A stretch of DNA of 64,000 nucleotides from an uncultured archaeon. GTDB lineage: Archaea; Asgardarchaeota; Hermodarchaeia; Hermodarchaeales; Hermodarchaeaceae. The position numbers and the translations under genes were made by a program. Under the pieces are notes generated by a model. The model was not told the origin of the DNA and did not search any database. It saw nothing but the letters and a program-made list of their open reading frames with translations. This document shows, one piece after another, positions 49,752 through 58,412 of this stretch. The stretch covers positions 64,001-128,000 of the forward strand of contig CAYFXC010000001.1 of assembly GCA_964347045.1 (NCBI GenBank), written 5' to 3'. Position 1 is the first letter of the stretch, and each line of letters opens with the position of its first letter.

Positions 49752-49837
49752 AATGCAGAAACCTGGGCTCAAAGGACGTAGGACATAAAGTTTAAATTTC
49801 ATCTTCCTGAAGCCTATTCGCCCTGTGGGGGTTAACT

Positions 49838-50611
49838 ATGATTGAAATTATCTGGCTAAAAGAGGTAAAAGATCTTCGTGATCCTATTGCACTGGTTGGG
49901 ATGCCAGGCATTGCTAGCGTTGGGAAACTTGCTATTGAAGTTCTTATCCGGAGTCTAAACGCCGAACCAATAATTCAGGTTCTATCTGATGATTTTCCTC
50001 CCCACGTCATGATTGACGAAGAGGGAATGATGAAAATACCCGAGTGCCAAATCTACCTCCACAATGACACAGACTTAAAACATGACATTCTACTTGTGTC
50101 AGGGGATTTCCAACCTTCTACTTCACAGGGAATTTACGAATTTTCAGATAGAATTGCTGAAACGTTCAAGAAACTTAATGTGAAGAAAATTGCTGCAACA
50201 GGGGCCTATGTTCCTGGTGAATTCCCAGAAACTCCAAAGGTATTTATTTCTTCAACCGGACCACAATTCCAAGCCTTTTTCACCGAACTAGACTATGTTG
50301 AGCCAATGACCGACGGCGTCATTAATGGAGCAAATGGTGTGATACCTGCTTGGGCGCATCTTAAATATGGAATCGAAGGTGTTTGCCTTCTAGCAGAAAC
50401 TGTTCCGTTGCTACGATTAGATCCCCGAGCATCAAAATTAATCGTTGAAGTTATCAATGACCGATTTTCTATCAAAGCTGATGTTTCGGAACTAGAAGCT
50501 AAAATCGAGGAGATGAAAGGAATTTTTACCCAAGTGAAATATCATCTCCTGCAACAACGGGAACGACAAGAACCACGCGATGAATCCGAAAGTGCAAGTT
50601 ACATTGGCTAG
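49838..50611 (+). CDS. PAC2-family proteasome assembly chaperone
   Basis: GMPGIASVGKLA, SGDFQP, GANG, CLLAET, DPRAS, C-terminal YIG. Confidence 0.92.
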   Translation: MIEIIWLKEVKDLRDPIALVGMPGIASVGKLAIEVLIRSLNAEPIIQVLSDDFPPHVMIDEEGMMKIPECQIYLHNDTDLKHDILLVSGDFQPSTSQGIYEFSDRIAETFKKLNVKKIAATGAYVPGEFPETPKVFISSTGPQFQAFFTELDYVEPMTDGVINGANGVIPAWAHLKYGIEGVCLLAETVPLLRLDPRASKLIVEVINDRFSIKADVSELEAKIEEMKGIFTQVKYHLLQQRERQEPRDESESASYIG

Positions 50612-50642
50612 TGCCAATAACACCTTGATTTGAGGGATAAGA

Positions 50643-51248
50643 ATGGGATTGCTATCTGCAATTTCAAAAATATTGCTAACCATCTTTGGTGTTGCAATTG
50701 TTTTGCTAATAATCGATTTTCTACTTTTTCAATCACAAAACACGATCGCACTGATAACAGCAATACAAACCGCTTTTGCTGTAAATCCTCTTCTTAGTTG
50801 GGGGCCCCTCATTTTAGTAATTTCAATTGTGCTCCTTATTGGTGCGTTACTATTCTATCGACGAAGACTCTTCATTCGGCACTTAAAGATGGAACTTAAC
50901 GAGGCTGAACGATTAACTCTAATTGAACTTGCTCAAAGGCTCGATAAGACACCCGCAAAAATCGAAGTTGAATTAAACCGTATGGCTACTTCTAAAGTAA
51001 CAAGATTCCAAGGGTTGCTCATTATCTCTCAGGGTAGACATGTCTATATCGGAGAAAAACTACTAAACAAGATCATTGAGTCATATAATGAGGGTCAAAC
51101 ACGAGGCGAAATCGCAAACTCTCTTCAAATTAGTCGATCAGAGCTAGACAAGACTATTGAACTCCTTATCGAAAAAGGAGTAATTGAAGAACGTGAAGAA
51201 AAAGTCACTCGAAAAGTGCGTCCTAGCTACCGTCGCGGTACCCGGTGA
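50643..51248 (+). CDS. Membrane-anchored protein with winged-helix/HTH domains
   Basis: Two N-terminal TMs; LTLIELAQRL and TRGEIANSLQISRSEL motifs. Confidence 0.65.
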   Translation: MGLLSAISKILLTIFGVAIVLLIIDFLLFQSQNTIALITAIQTAFAVNPLLSWGPLILVISIVLLIGALLFYRRRLFIRHLKMELNEAERLTLIELAQRLDKTPAKIEVELNRMATSKVTRFQGLLIISQGRHVYIGEKLLNKIIESYNEGQTRGEIANSLQISRSELDKTIELLIEKGVIEEREEKVTRKVRPSYRRGTR

Positions 51249-51275
51249 CCCTCTCTGAAAGAGGAAGGGAAACAG

Positions 51276-52115
51276 ATGAAAAAATGGGAGTCTGCTAGTC
51301 GACCTGAAACTTCAGATAAGCTGCAATACCATATTGGGTTAAAACCTGGTGATATTGCCACCTCTGTACTATTACCTGGTGATCCAGATCGTGCAACATT
51401 AATTTCTAAAATATGGGATTCAGCCAAAGAAATGGCAAGAAAACGAAGTTACCTAACCTTCACAGGTCTTTACAAAAACATCCCAATCACAACTACATCT
51501 ACAGGAATCGGTTGTCCTGCAACTGCGATAGCCATCGAAGAGCTAGCCACAATCGGTGCGAAAACTCTAATTCGAGTCGGAAGCTCTGGGGCTATTCAAA
51601 AAGACATCAAATGCGGAGACCTAATAGTTACAACCGGAGCTGTAAGAAATGATGGCACAAGTTCTCAATACGTGATGCCACAGTATCCAGCATTTGCCAA
51701 TCATCAAGTAACACTCGCACTTATTGAAGCCGCAGAAAGCTTTGGATTCCGTTATCATGTGGGAATCACGTGCAGCACAGATAGTTTCTACACTGGTCAA
51801 GGGCGACCAGGATTCAAAAACTACTGGCAGTCATTCATGGATAATATAATTCCTGATTTGAAAGCCGCACAAGTGCTGAACTTCGAAATGGAATGCTCAA
51901 TTATTTTCACGCTGTCAAATCTTTTTGGATTACGGAGCGGTGCCGTCTGCGCAGTCTTTGCAAATCGTGAAACTGAAGAATTCGCTACTCTTGGAGAAAA
52001 AGAAGCTAGCCAAACCGCATGCGAAGCAGTCAAAATTCTTGCTGAATGGGATGAACAATTAACTAAAACGAAAACACGAAATTGGCATCCAAGCTTATTG
52101 ACTAAATCAAAGTAA
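51276..52115 (+). CDS. udp: Uridine / nucleoside phosphorylase
   Basis: QYHIGL, PGDPDRA, STGIG, IRVGSSG, DSFYTGQ, NFEMEC. Confidence 0.93.
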   Translation: MKKWESASRPETSDKLQYHIGLKPGDIATSVLLPGDPDRATLISKIWDSAKEMARKRSYLTFTGLYKNIPITTTSTGIGCPATAIAIEELATIGAKTLIRVGSSGAIQKDIKCGDLIVTTGAVRNDGTSSQYVMPQYPAFANHQVTLALIEAAESFGFRYHVGITCSTDSFYTGQGRPGFKNYWQSFMDNIIPDLKAAQVLNFEMECSIIFTLSNLFGLRSGAVCAVFANRETEEFATLGEKEASQTACEAVKILAEWDEQLTKTKTRNWHPSLLTKSK

Positions 52116-52117
52116 AA

Positions 52118-52240
52118 TGGTAGCCCGGCGCGGATTCGAACCGCGGTCCCGGGGTGGCTTCACTGTTTTAGATTTACAGTTCCAAAGCCCCGGATGATTG
52201 ACCATTTTGCATCCATGGAAGGAGGCTACACTACCGGGCT
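52118..52240 (-). tRNA. tRNA-Gln(TTG) with two introns (19-nt D-loop; 26-nt at 37/38)
   Basis: AGCCCGG/CCGGGCT acceptor, CCA; BHB CTTT-GG^A...GAAG-CC^A at the anticodon loop and TGTA-GC^C...TGCA-AA^A in the D-arm; 78 nt spliced. Confidence 0.92.
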
Positions 52241-52306
52241 AGACATCCTTAAAGGCGATTCTTTTCACTCGTGCTTCTTGAGTCTTTCGGCTTTTATAGA
52301 ATCTGG

Positions 52307-54037
52307 CTATTCTGCCAGCTCTTCGCGGAGAGTCAACAAGATACGATCCATTCGACTAACAGCACGATCTCGTCGTTTTTGTAAATCTTTCTGAAGCTTC
52401 TGGTATACAGAGGCAGTAATTCGCTTTTGTCGATATCGTTGCTCTAGGGCATGAAGTGCTTCAATCGAACTAACTCTTTCTGCCTCCAATAGTTCTAGTT
52501 GACGAACACTGGATTCATACTTACCGCCAGCCTCAATTAGAGGTTGACTTCGACCTGCTAATTCTCTCTCAAGAGATCGAAATCGCCTTTCGAAATTCTT
52601 CTTTTCCTTACGGTATCGCGGTTTGGAAATCTTTCCTTGAAGCATGCTTTGTTCTAACCGTTCTGTTTGGAGCATAAGGGCAATTTTCTCGCCATATAAT
52701 GCACAAAATTCACCAAGAATCGCTGGGTCTACTTCAGCAACGGCTACGATAATTTCTTCTTCTTCACGGAAGAAAGAAATCCGTCTCACTGCAACATATC
52801 CAAGGCAGATAATTCCAACAATAAGGAAAAGGAAAAAGGGTCGAACGAGAGCAGGAGAAATTGGATATACATAGAATAGGTTAACTTCACTATTACTAAT
52901 AGAAGTGACATTTGTGGCTGGAATGGTGACAAGATATTGTCCTCTTGGGGAGATGGATGTTATAGCTCCGAGGGGAATCTCTTGAAGCCATGTTCCGATA
53001 GGAAGCAAGAATTCTGTTGTCTGTCTTTGAATCCTAAATGGATATTCAAGATAAAGATCTAAGAAGAGAAATTGGCCTGTTTGAAAAACAAGTTGGTGAT
53101 ACTCGAGAGGAATTCGGTATTCTAAATAGAATGTGTAAATATCTCCTTGTTCTAAGTGGTATTGAAAGGACACGCTGATTGTTCCTGGGCCTGTAGTATT
53201 TACTGGTGTCACAATTTGACTGGATAAGTTTGTCAAAAGATCATAGGTTCGTAAGAATTCACTTCCTGGTGGTAAGACTAATTCTATTGATCGCCAGTTC
53301 TGTTCCGTATTCGCAAATTCAGGATTGATACTATCCACACGAAGAGAATGTAATTCTTGAGCAAAGAGATAACCCCATGCATCTATAGAAAACAGTCGTT
53401 TGAACTCAACGTATGTTATTAGAGGAAAGAATTCATTTGACGCAAAATCGAGAAGGACCGAATCTTCTTCAAAGGAGTATGGGTGAACATCGCTCCCTGA
53501 CCAAAATTCTTGTGTTGGGGCTGATAATGCATCATCGAAGGTTAATCTGGTTTCATATTCTTGAATGAAATACGGACTGGTTGGAACCACAGAAAAATCA
53601 ATCGTCGCAGTTGCACTAGTTTGGGAAGTTAAACCTTCAACCGACATCTGAGCAACAAAGGTTGTTTCTTCATATGCCATTATGGGGTCTGGCAGAAAAA
53701 CCTGCCATCCTGAACAATTAGATCCAATGAGTGGGACTCTTTGAAAGAAAAGTTCTGTTCCGTTAGTGGTTTTAGCACGAAACTCCTTAACACTATCAGA
53801 TTCAGAAAGGGGATATGCCGTAAATACAGAAAAGGTAGGTTCGGGACCAGGGTTGTAAACAGTGATTGTATCTGTGAAGAGTACCATTCCGTAGGTTTCG
53901 TAGTGGACATTACGTTGTACATCTGTAATTACTAACTGTGTGTTTTCTCCATATACAGGTAGTCCAAGTGCAAATACCATGGGCAAAAAAATGAGCACAA
54001 GTAGGAGCACGACTCTAGTCTTCACAGAGACACACAC
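52307..54037 (-). CDS. Ribophorin I (RPN1/Ost1)-like OST subunit
   Basis: Signal peptide, VQRNVH..., RLFSIDAWG beta-sandwich lumenal domains, single TM, cytoplasmic helical bundle. Confidence 0.8.
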   Translation of the reverse strand: MCVSVKTRVVLLLVLIFLPMVFALGLPVYGENTQLVITDVQRNVHYETYGMVLFTDTITVYNPGPEPTFSVFTAYPLSESDSVKEFRAKTTNGTELFFQRVPLIGSNCSGWQVFLPDPIMAYEETTFVAQMSVEGLTSQTSATATIDFSVVPTSPYFIQEYETRLTFDDALSAPTQEFWSGSDVHPYSFEEDSVLLDFASNEFFPLITYVEFKRLFSIDAWGYLFAQELHSLRVDSINPEFANTEQNWRSIELVLPPGSEFLRTYDLLTNLSSQIVTPVNTTGPGTISVSFQYHLEQGDIYTFYLEYRIPLEYHQLVFQTGQFLFLDLYLEYPFRIQRQTTEFLLPIGTWLQEIPLGAITSISPRGQYLVTIPATNVTSISNSEVNLFYVYPISPALVRPFFLFLIVGIICLGYVAVRRISFFREEEEIIVAVAEVDPAILGEFCALYGEKIALMLQTERLEQSMLQGKISKPRYRKEKKNFERRFRSLERELAGRSQPLIEAGGKYESSVRQLELLEAERVSSIEALHALEQRYRQKRITASVYQKLQKDLQKRRDRAVSRMDRILLTLREELAE

Positions 54038-54224
54038 CGATATCGGGTTTCGATTTGTCGATTCCTTTCACGTATTTAACTTTGTCGTTGAGTGCCTAGT
54101 CTTCTGGTGATGGGTGAATCATTAAAATTCACATCGAATCCTCTATTGCAAGGGTAATTTCAAACTGGTTTTTTGTTATGAAAAAGTGCTGGGTGTTTTC
54201 CTCTAAAGAAAAACCTAGCGTGTT

Positions 54225-54992
54225 CTATTCTAAGGGTTTCTTCCATGTATCGGGAACATCATCATGTTTTCTTGCTGGTACACCGTAAACAATTGCTTTT
54301 GGAGGTACATCCTTAGTTACTACAGCTCCTGCTCCGATAATTGCTTCAGCGCCAACTTCAATATTTGGCATAATTACAGCACCCGCTCCTACGCTTACGC
54401 CTTCACGTAAAATCGGACCTTTCAGTTCATATGGATATCGCATAGCATATTTATCGTTTGTAAGAATGCAATTTGGGCCTAGGAAAACATGATCCTCAAT
54501 CTGTGTATTCCACGGAATATACACATTCGATTGAATTGACACCTTATTCCCAATAGCACACTTACCATCAATGATAACACCTGTTCCCACAGTAGTATTA
54601 TCACCAACTTTTACTTGCTCACGAACCAACACATTATGTCCCATACGAACATTGTTGCCCAACTGAGAACCTGCATAAATTACTGATCCAGATCGAATGA
54701 TACATTCATCACCAATTCTTGTTGATTCCAGTTTTATCCAGGGAGCCTGAATTCTACCTTTTTGAAACTGCTTGACTAATTGTTGACTGGGAAAACCAAT
54801 TGTGGTTTTTTCTCCAAAAAATACATGATTTCCGATTAAGGCAGGTCCTTGAACAAGGCAACTGGGTCCAAAATAACAACCTTCACCACTTTGCACTTTT
54901 CCTCTAATTAGAACGAAAGCTTCTACTAGGCAATCTTTTCCAAGGTTAGTTTCACCTTCAACAATTGCACTAGAATGAATTCTTCCTTTCAA
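54225..54992 (-). CDS. Hexapeptide-repeat sugar N-acetyltransferase (WbpD-like)
   Basis: LbH repeats, FLGPNCILTND, GAGAVVTKDVP, GVPAR. Confidence 0.88.
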   Translation of the reverse strand: MKGRIHSSAIVEGETNLGKDCLVEAFVLIRGKVQSGEGCYFGPSCLVQGPALIGNHVFFGEKTTIGFPSQQLVKQFQKGRIQAPWIKLESTRIGDECIIRSGSVIYAGSQLGNNVRMGHNVLVREQVKVGDNTTVGTGVIIDGKCAIGNKVSIQSNVYIPWNTQIEDHVFLGPNCILTNDKYAMRYPYELKGPILREGVSVGAGAVIMPNIEVGAEAIIGAGAVVTKDVPPKAIVYGVPARKHDDVPDTWKKPLE

Positions 54993-55960
54993 CTAGCCCT
55001 ATACTCCTCAAGGTAAATTATCCGTTTATTTCGTGCGCTTTCGAGAGCCGCTTCAGCAATTCTTAGAGCCTCCAAACCATCAATTCCCGAAGTTAACGGA
55101 GTTTGTTTTTCTAAAATGCTTTTTACAAAATGCGTAAGCTCTAGTTTAAGTGGTTCGTCCCATTTTGAAGTTGATTTTTGTTCCCATTGATTGGTTCCAA
55201 TTGTGACTTTTTGAGAAATGTAATCTAATGCCATAACACCTTTAGAACCAGTGATGTTTAATCCTCGAAGTTTGTGAGGCGTCAACCAATTGCATTCAAG
55301 GAAAAACGTCGGCTTATCATTAAAACGAAGTACAATGTTGGCATGATCTTCATACTTATGATAAAGACTCCCGGCAATAGCATACACCGAAGTCGCTTCC
55401 TGTTTAACTAGGTGACGTGCGATATCGATGTCGTGAATCGCCATGTCTTTAATTATTCCAATATCCGCAACTCGACCAGGTACAAAAGGGCCTAGTCTTC
55501 GAGCAGATCCTAAAACCAATTCACCCATTTTGCCTTGATCAATAACCTGTGAGGCTGTATATACAGATGGATTAAAACGTTCTACAAACCCAACCATTAG
55601 AAGCACATTAGCCGCCTTCGCAGCATCGATTACCCTCTGAGCTTGTTGAACGGTATCTGTCATTGGTTTCTCAATTAACAGGTGTTTTCCTGAGATAATT
55701 ACCTCCAAGGCAAGGTCCGCATGTGTAACTGTTGGGGTGCAAATAGTTACTGCATCAATGTCATCGCTTTGTAATAGCTTGTCTGTTCGTGTGTAGTGAG
55801 TTGCGTTGTATTGTTTAGCCAATGCTTTGGCACGATTTTGGTCACGATCTGCAACAGCAACCATATTAACGTCTTCTAGTTCAGAGAAGACGCGAACATG
55901 ATTTTTGCCCCAGGCACCGACTCCTATTACGCCAACGCTTAGAGGGCTCATGGTTTTCAC
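54989..55960 (-). CDS. Gfo/Idh/MocA oxidoreductase (UDP-sugar 3-dehydrogenase-like)
   Basis: GVGAWG, EKPM, GFVERFNP, DMAIHDID, NWLTP. Confidence 0.9.
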   Translation of the reverse strand: MKTMSPLSVGVIGVGAWGKNHVRVFSELEDVNMVAVADRDQNRAKALAKQYNATHYTRTDKLLQSDDIDAVTICTPTVTHADLALEVIISGKHLLIEKPMTDTVQQAQRVIDAAKAANVLLMVGFVERFNPSVYTASQVIDQGKMGELVLGSARRLGPFVPGRVADIGIIKDMAIHDIDIARHLVKQEATSVYAIAGSLYHKYEDHANIVLRFNDKPTFFLECNWLTPHKLRGLNITGSKGVMALDYISQKVTIGTNQWEQKSTSKWDEPLKLELTHFVKSILEKQTPLTSGIDGLEALRIAEAALESARNKRIIYLEEYRAS

Positions 55961-56057
55961 CTAACGCTAGAGAACCGAATATACCCTAAAAAGTTACCGA
56001 TATTACGTTTAAACCAGTTTATTCGAAACGATAATTTAGGAGAATTCCAACTGGAAT

Positions 56058-56888
56058 ATGATAATTATGTCTCTCTCTAAACCAGCAGAAAAGCTTCGTC
56101 AACTAGGGCTCACAGAGTACGAAACACAAGCGTATCTAGTTCTTGTTCAGGGAACACAGATGAGTGCTGAAGAAGTGTCCCGAAATGCAAATATTCCAAT
56201 TCCCCGGGTTTATGGGGTTTTAGAAAGTCTTAGGGATTTGGGTTTAATTGTGATAATTGAGGGACGACCCAAAAAATTCGAAATCATTAGCCCAGAAGAA
56301 GGTTTACAGAATCTACTCAAACTCAGAAAACGTGCCGCGGAGGATTCATTGCGTCAACTTGAAGGAACGAGCCAAGAGGTTAAGGAGGTTCTTTCACCAA
56401 TTTTTTGGCGCGAGAGACTCCGAATAAAACCTGAGGATCTCCTTGAATCTCTAGAAAATTTGGCTTTAGCAGAAAAGCAAACGAAAAAATTAATCACAGA
56501 AGCGCAAAAAACACTCGACATTTTTACCGACGTCTTTAGTTGGTTTGATGGAGTTGAGGAGGAATTAGCAAATGCCTTAGCGCGAGGTGTCAAAATTCGG
56601 GTTCTTATGAATGTGGAACACCCCATCACCCATCAAATCGTCCAGGCACTCAAATCCATGAAGATAAGTGTTCGCCAACCATCTGATTTGAAATTTCCAG
56701 TGAGAGGTACACTTGCTGATTCGTCGAAAGTAGTTTTTCTTATTTGGGCGTCTCCTGAGAGAAATCGTGGGCATCCGCGATATGTGTATCGACCAAGCTT
56801 TTCAGCTAATGAAGGGATTGTGGCAATATTTCAACAAAGCTTCGAATATCGTTGGCAAAAAAGTAAAACTAAGAGCTTGTCTGAGTAA
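56058..56888 (+). CDS. TrmB-family transcriptional regulator
   Basis: LGLTEYETQAY...IPIPRVYGVLESL...GRPKKF plus effector-binding domain. Confidence 0.92.
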   Translation: MIIMSLSKPAEKLRQLGLTEYETQAYLVLVQGTQMSAEEVSRNANIPIPRVYGVLESLRDLGLIVIIEGRPKKFEIISPEEGLQNLLKLRKRAAEDSLRQLEGTSQEVKEVLSPIFWRERLRIKPEDLLESLENLALAEKQTKKLITEAQKTLDIFTDVFSWFDGVEEELANALARGVKIRVLMNVEHPITHQIVQALKSMKISVRQPSDLKFPVRGTLADSSKVVFLIWASPERNRGHPRYVYRPSFSANEGIVAIFQQSFEYRWQKSKTKSLSE

Positions 56889-58269
56889 CCAGCGATGAAT
56901 TTCTCATTTCAAATCGGAAATACAACCGGGTTGAAAAGTGCCAAAGAGTTAACCAACCAAATACGAAAAAGATACCAACAACAGGCCACCAAAAACTCTG
57001 ATAATAAGAGATCAAATAATCTAGCAAAGCAAATCCTGCCATTCCCAGTCCCCAAACACCAATCATAATTGCGATTAGTCCGGTTAAACGGATACCAAGA
57101 TGATCTTTCTTTCTGAGCACTAAATATACACCCAAAACCAGAAAAAGTGGGACTATCACTAGGAATAGTGAAAATGGCCAAAAGATTATCACGCCGGGAA
57201 AAAAGGGAATAAGAAAGACGGTTAAAATTGCAAGAATACTACTTGCTAGTGTTAAGGTAGCTAATGATAAAGTGATGAGCTGTTCAGTTAAAGGACCTCT
57301 TGCAACGACAAGGCGAGTCAGCGTGATTGGAGCATTCTGATCAGTTGATGCAGCAAGTGTTCCATCATCTTGAAACACTGTTGGACGAGCTCTCATCTGG
57401 CGTCTTTCTAATAAACCCCCAATACTAACCAAGCTATAAAACGCATTCATTATTGCAGGTAAAAGTGCAATAATGGCCATGATTTCAAGGCGTCCCATTA
57501 TCGCAACGGCACCAATAGATGCACCCACTAAGAGTGACCCCGTATCTCCTGCAAAGACTTTAGCGGGGTTCCGATTGTAATAATAGTACGCAAGAAGGGC
57601 TCCAATCATAACACTGCTAAATAAAAGACCTAATCCTGCTTCTGGAATCCCAATGCTCATCATAAATAATGATACAATCAAAAGTGCAACAAACATAATA
57701 AGCGTAGTCAGTGGCATCACACCGTTAAAGACATCAGACATGTTCACCGCGTTTGATGTAATTGCTATGGCGAGGGGAATGAGAATCAAAGGATAAACAA
57801 TTGTCAAGCGAGTTGCACCTAAAAAGGGTAAATATGGAGCAGGAATATAGGTCGGCAGAAAGGGAGGAATTAGACTCAAAGAGATCAGGGTCCAAGTATA
57901 GAAGAGGATTGGAAGACAAGCCAACGCTGTTAGGAGGGGCTTAACTTTTGGTCCAAGTGATTTCAAGTCATCAATTGCTCCAATTCCACCAGCAATAAGA
58001 AGAACTACAAGAAATATCAATATTCGGAAATCAAAAAATCCTATCCCAATTAATCCCGAGCCAAGAAACAGTACAAGACATGCCACAGTCACACCTAGGA
58101 GGATTCCCACCCCTCCCATTTCAGCGACTTCAGGTTTGTCTAATTTATGCACGTCAATTCCAACGATACCTCGTCGTTTCATGGATTTAATGATATATGG
58201 CATAATCAGGAACGTCACAATGAAAGCTACTAAAAGCCCTGTAAGTGCCAGATAAAGAATTAGCGTCAC
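56869..58269 (-). CDS. aglH: UDP-GlcNAc:dolichyl-phosphate GlcNAc-1-P transferase (AglH/Alg7, MraY superfamily)
   Basis: GIDVHK, EMGG, GAIDD, NAVNMSDVFNG, PAKVFAGDTGS. Confidence 0.88.
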   Translation of the reverse strand: MTLILYLALTGLLVAFIVTFLIMPYIIKSMKRRGIVGIDVHKLDKPEVAEMGGVGILLGVTVACLVLFLGSGLIGIGFFDFRILIFLVVLLIAGGIGAIDDLKSLGPKVKPLLTALACLPILFYTWTLISLSLIPPFLPTYIPAPYLPFLGATRLTIVYPLILIPLAIAITSNAVNMSDVFNGVMPLTTLIMFVALLIVSLFMMSIGIPEAGLGLLFSSVMIGALLAYYYYNRNPAKVFAGDTGSLLVGASIGAVAIMGRLEIMAIIALLPAIMNAFYSLVSIGGLLERRQMRARPTVFQDDGTLAASTDQNAPITLTRLVVARGPLTEQLITLSLATLTLASSILAILTVFLIPFFPGVIIFWPFSLFLVIVPLFLVLGVYLVLRKKDHLGIRLTGLIAIMIGVWGLGMAGFALLDYLISYYQSFWWPVVGIFFVFGWLTLWHFSTRLYFRFEMRNSSLVTQTSS

Positions 58270-58412
58270 TGTTCATTAGCCTCTGAGATTATTAAAGATT
58301 AATCTGAGTCCAATTCAACAGCTACTTAAAAAGTCATTTGTACACTTCTCCAAAGGGGGGTAGAAATTAAATACAGCGTATCAAGATGCAGTGTATCAAG
58401 GGAGGAAACTGT

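Noticed and set aside
52194-52394. 66-aa plus-strand ORF
   Set aside because: Overlaps tRNA-Gln and the ribophorin gene antisense
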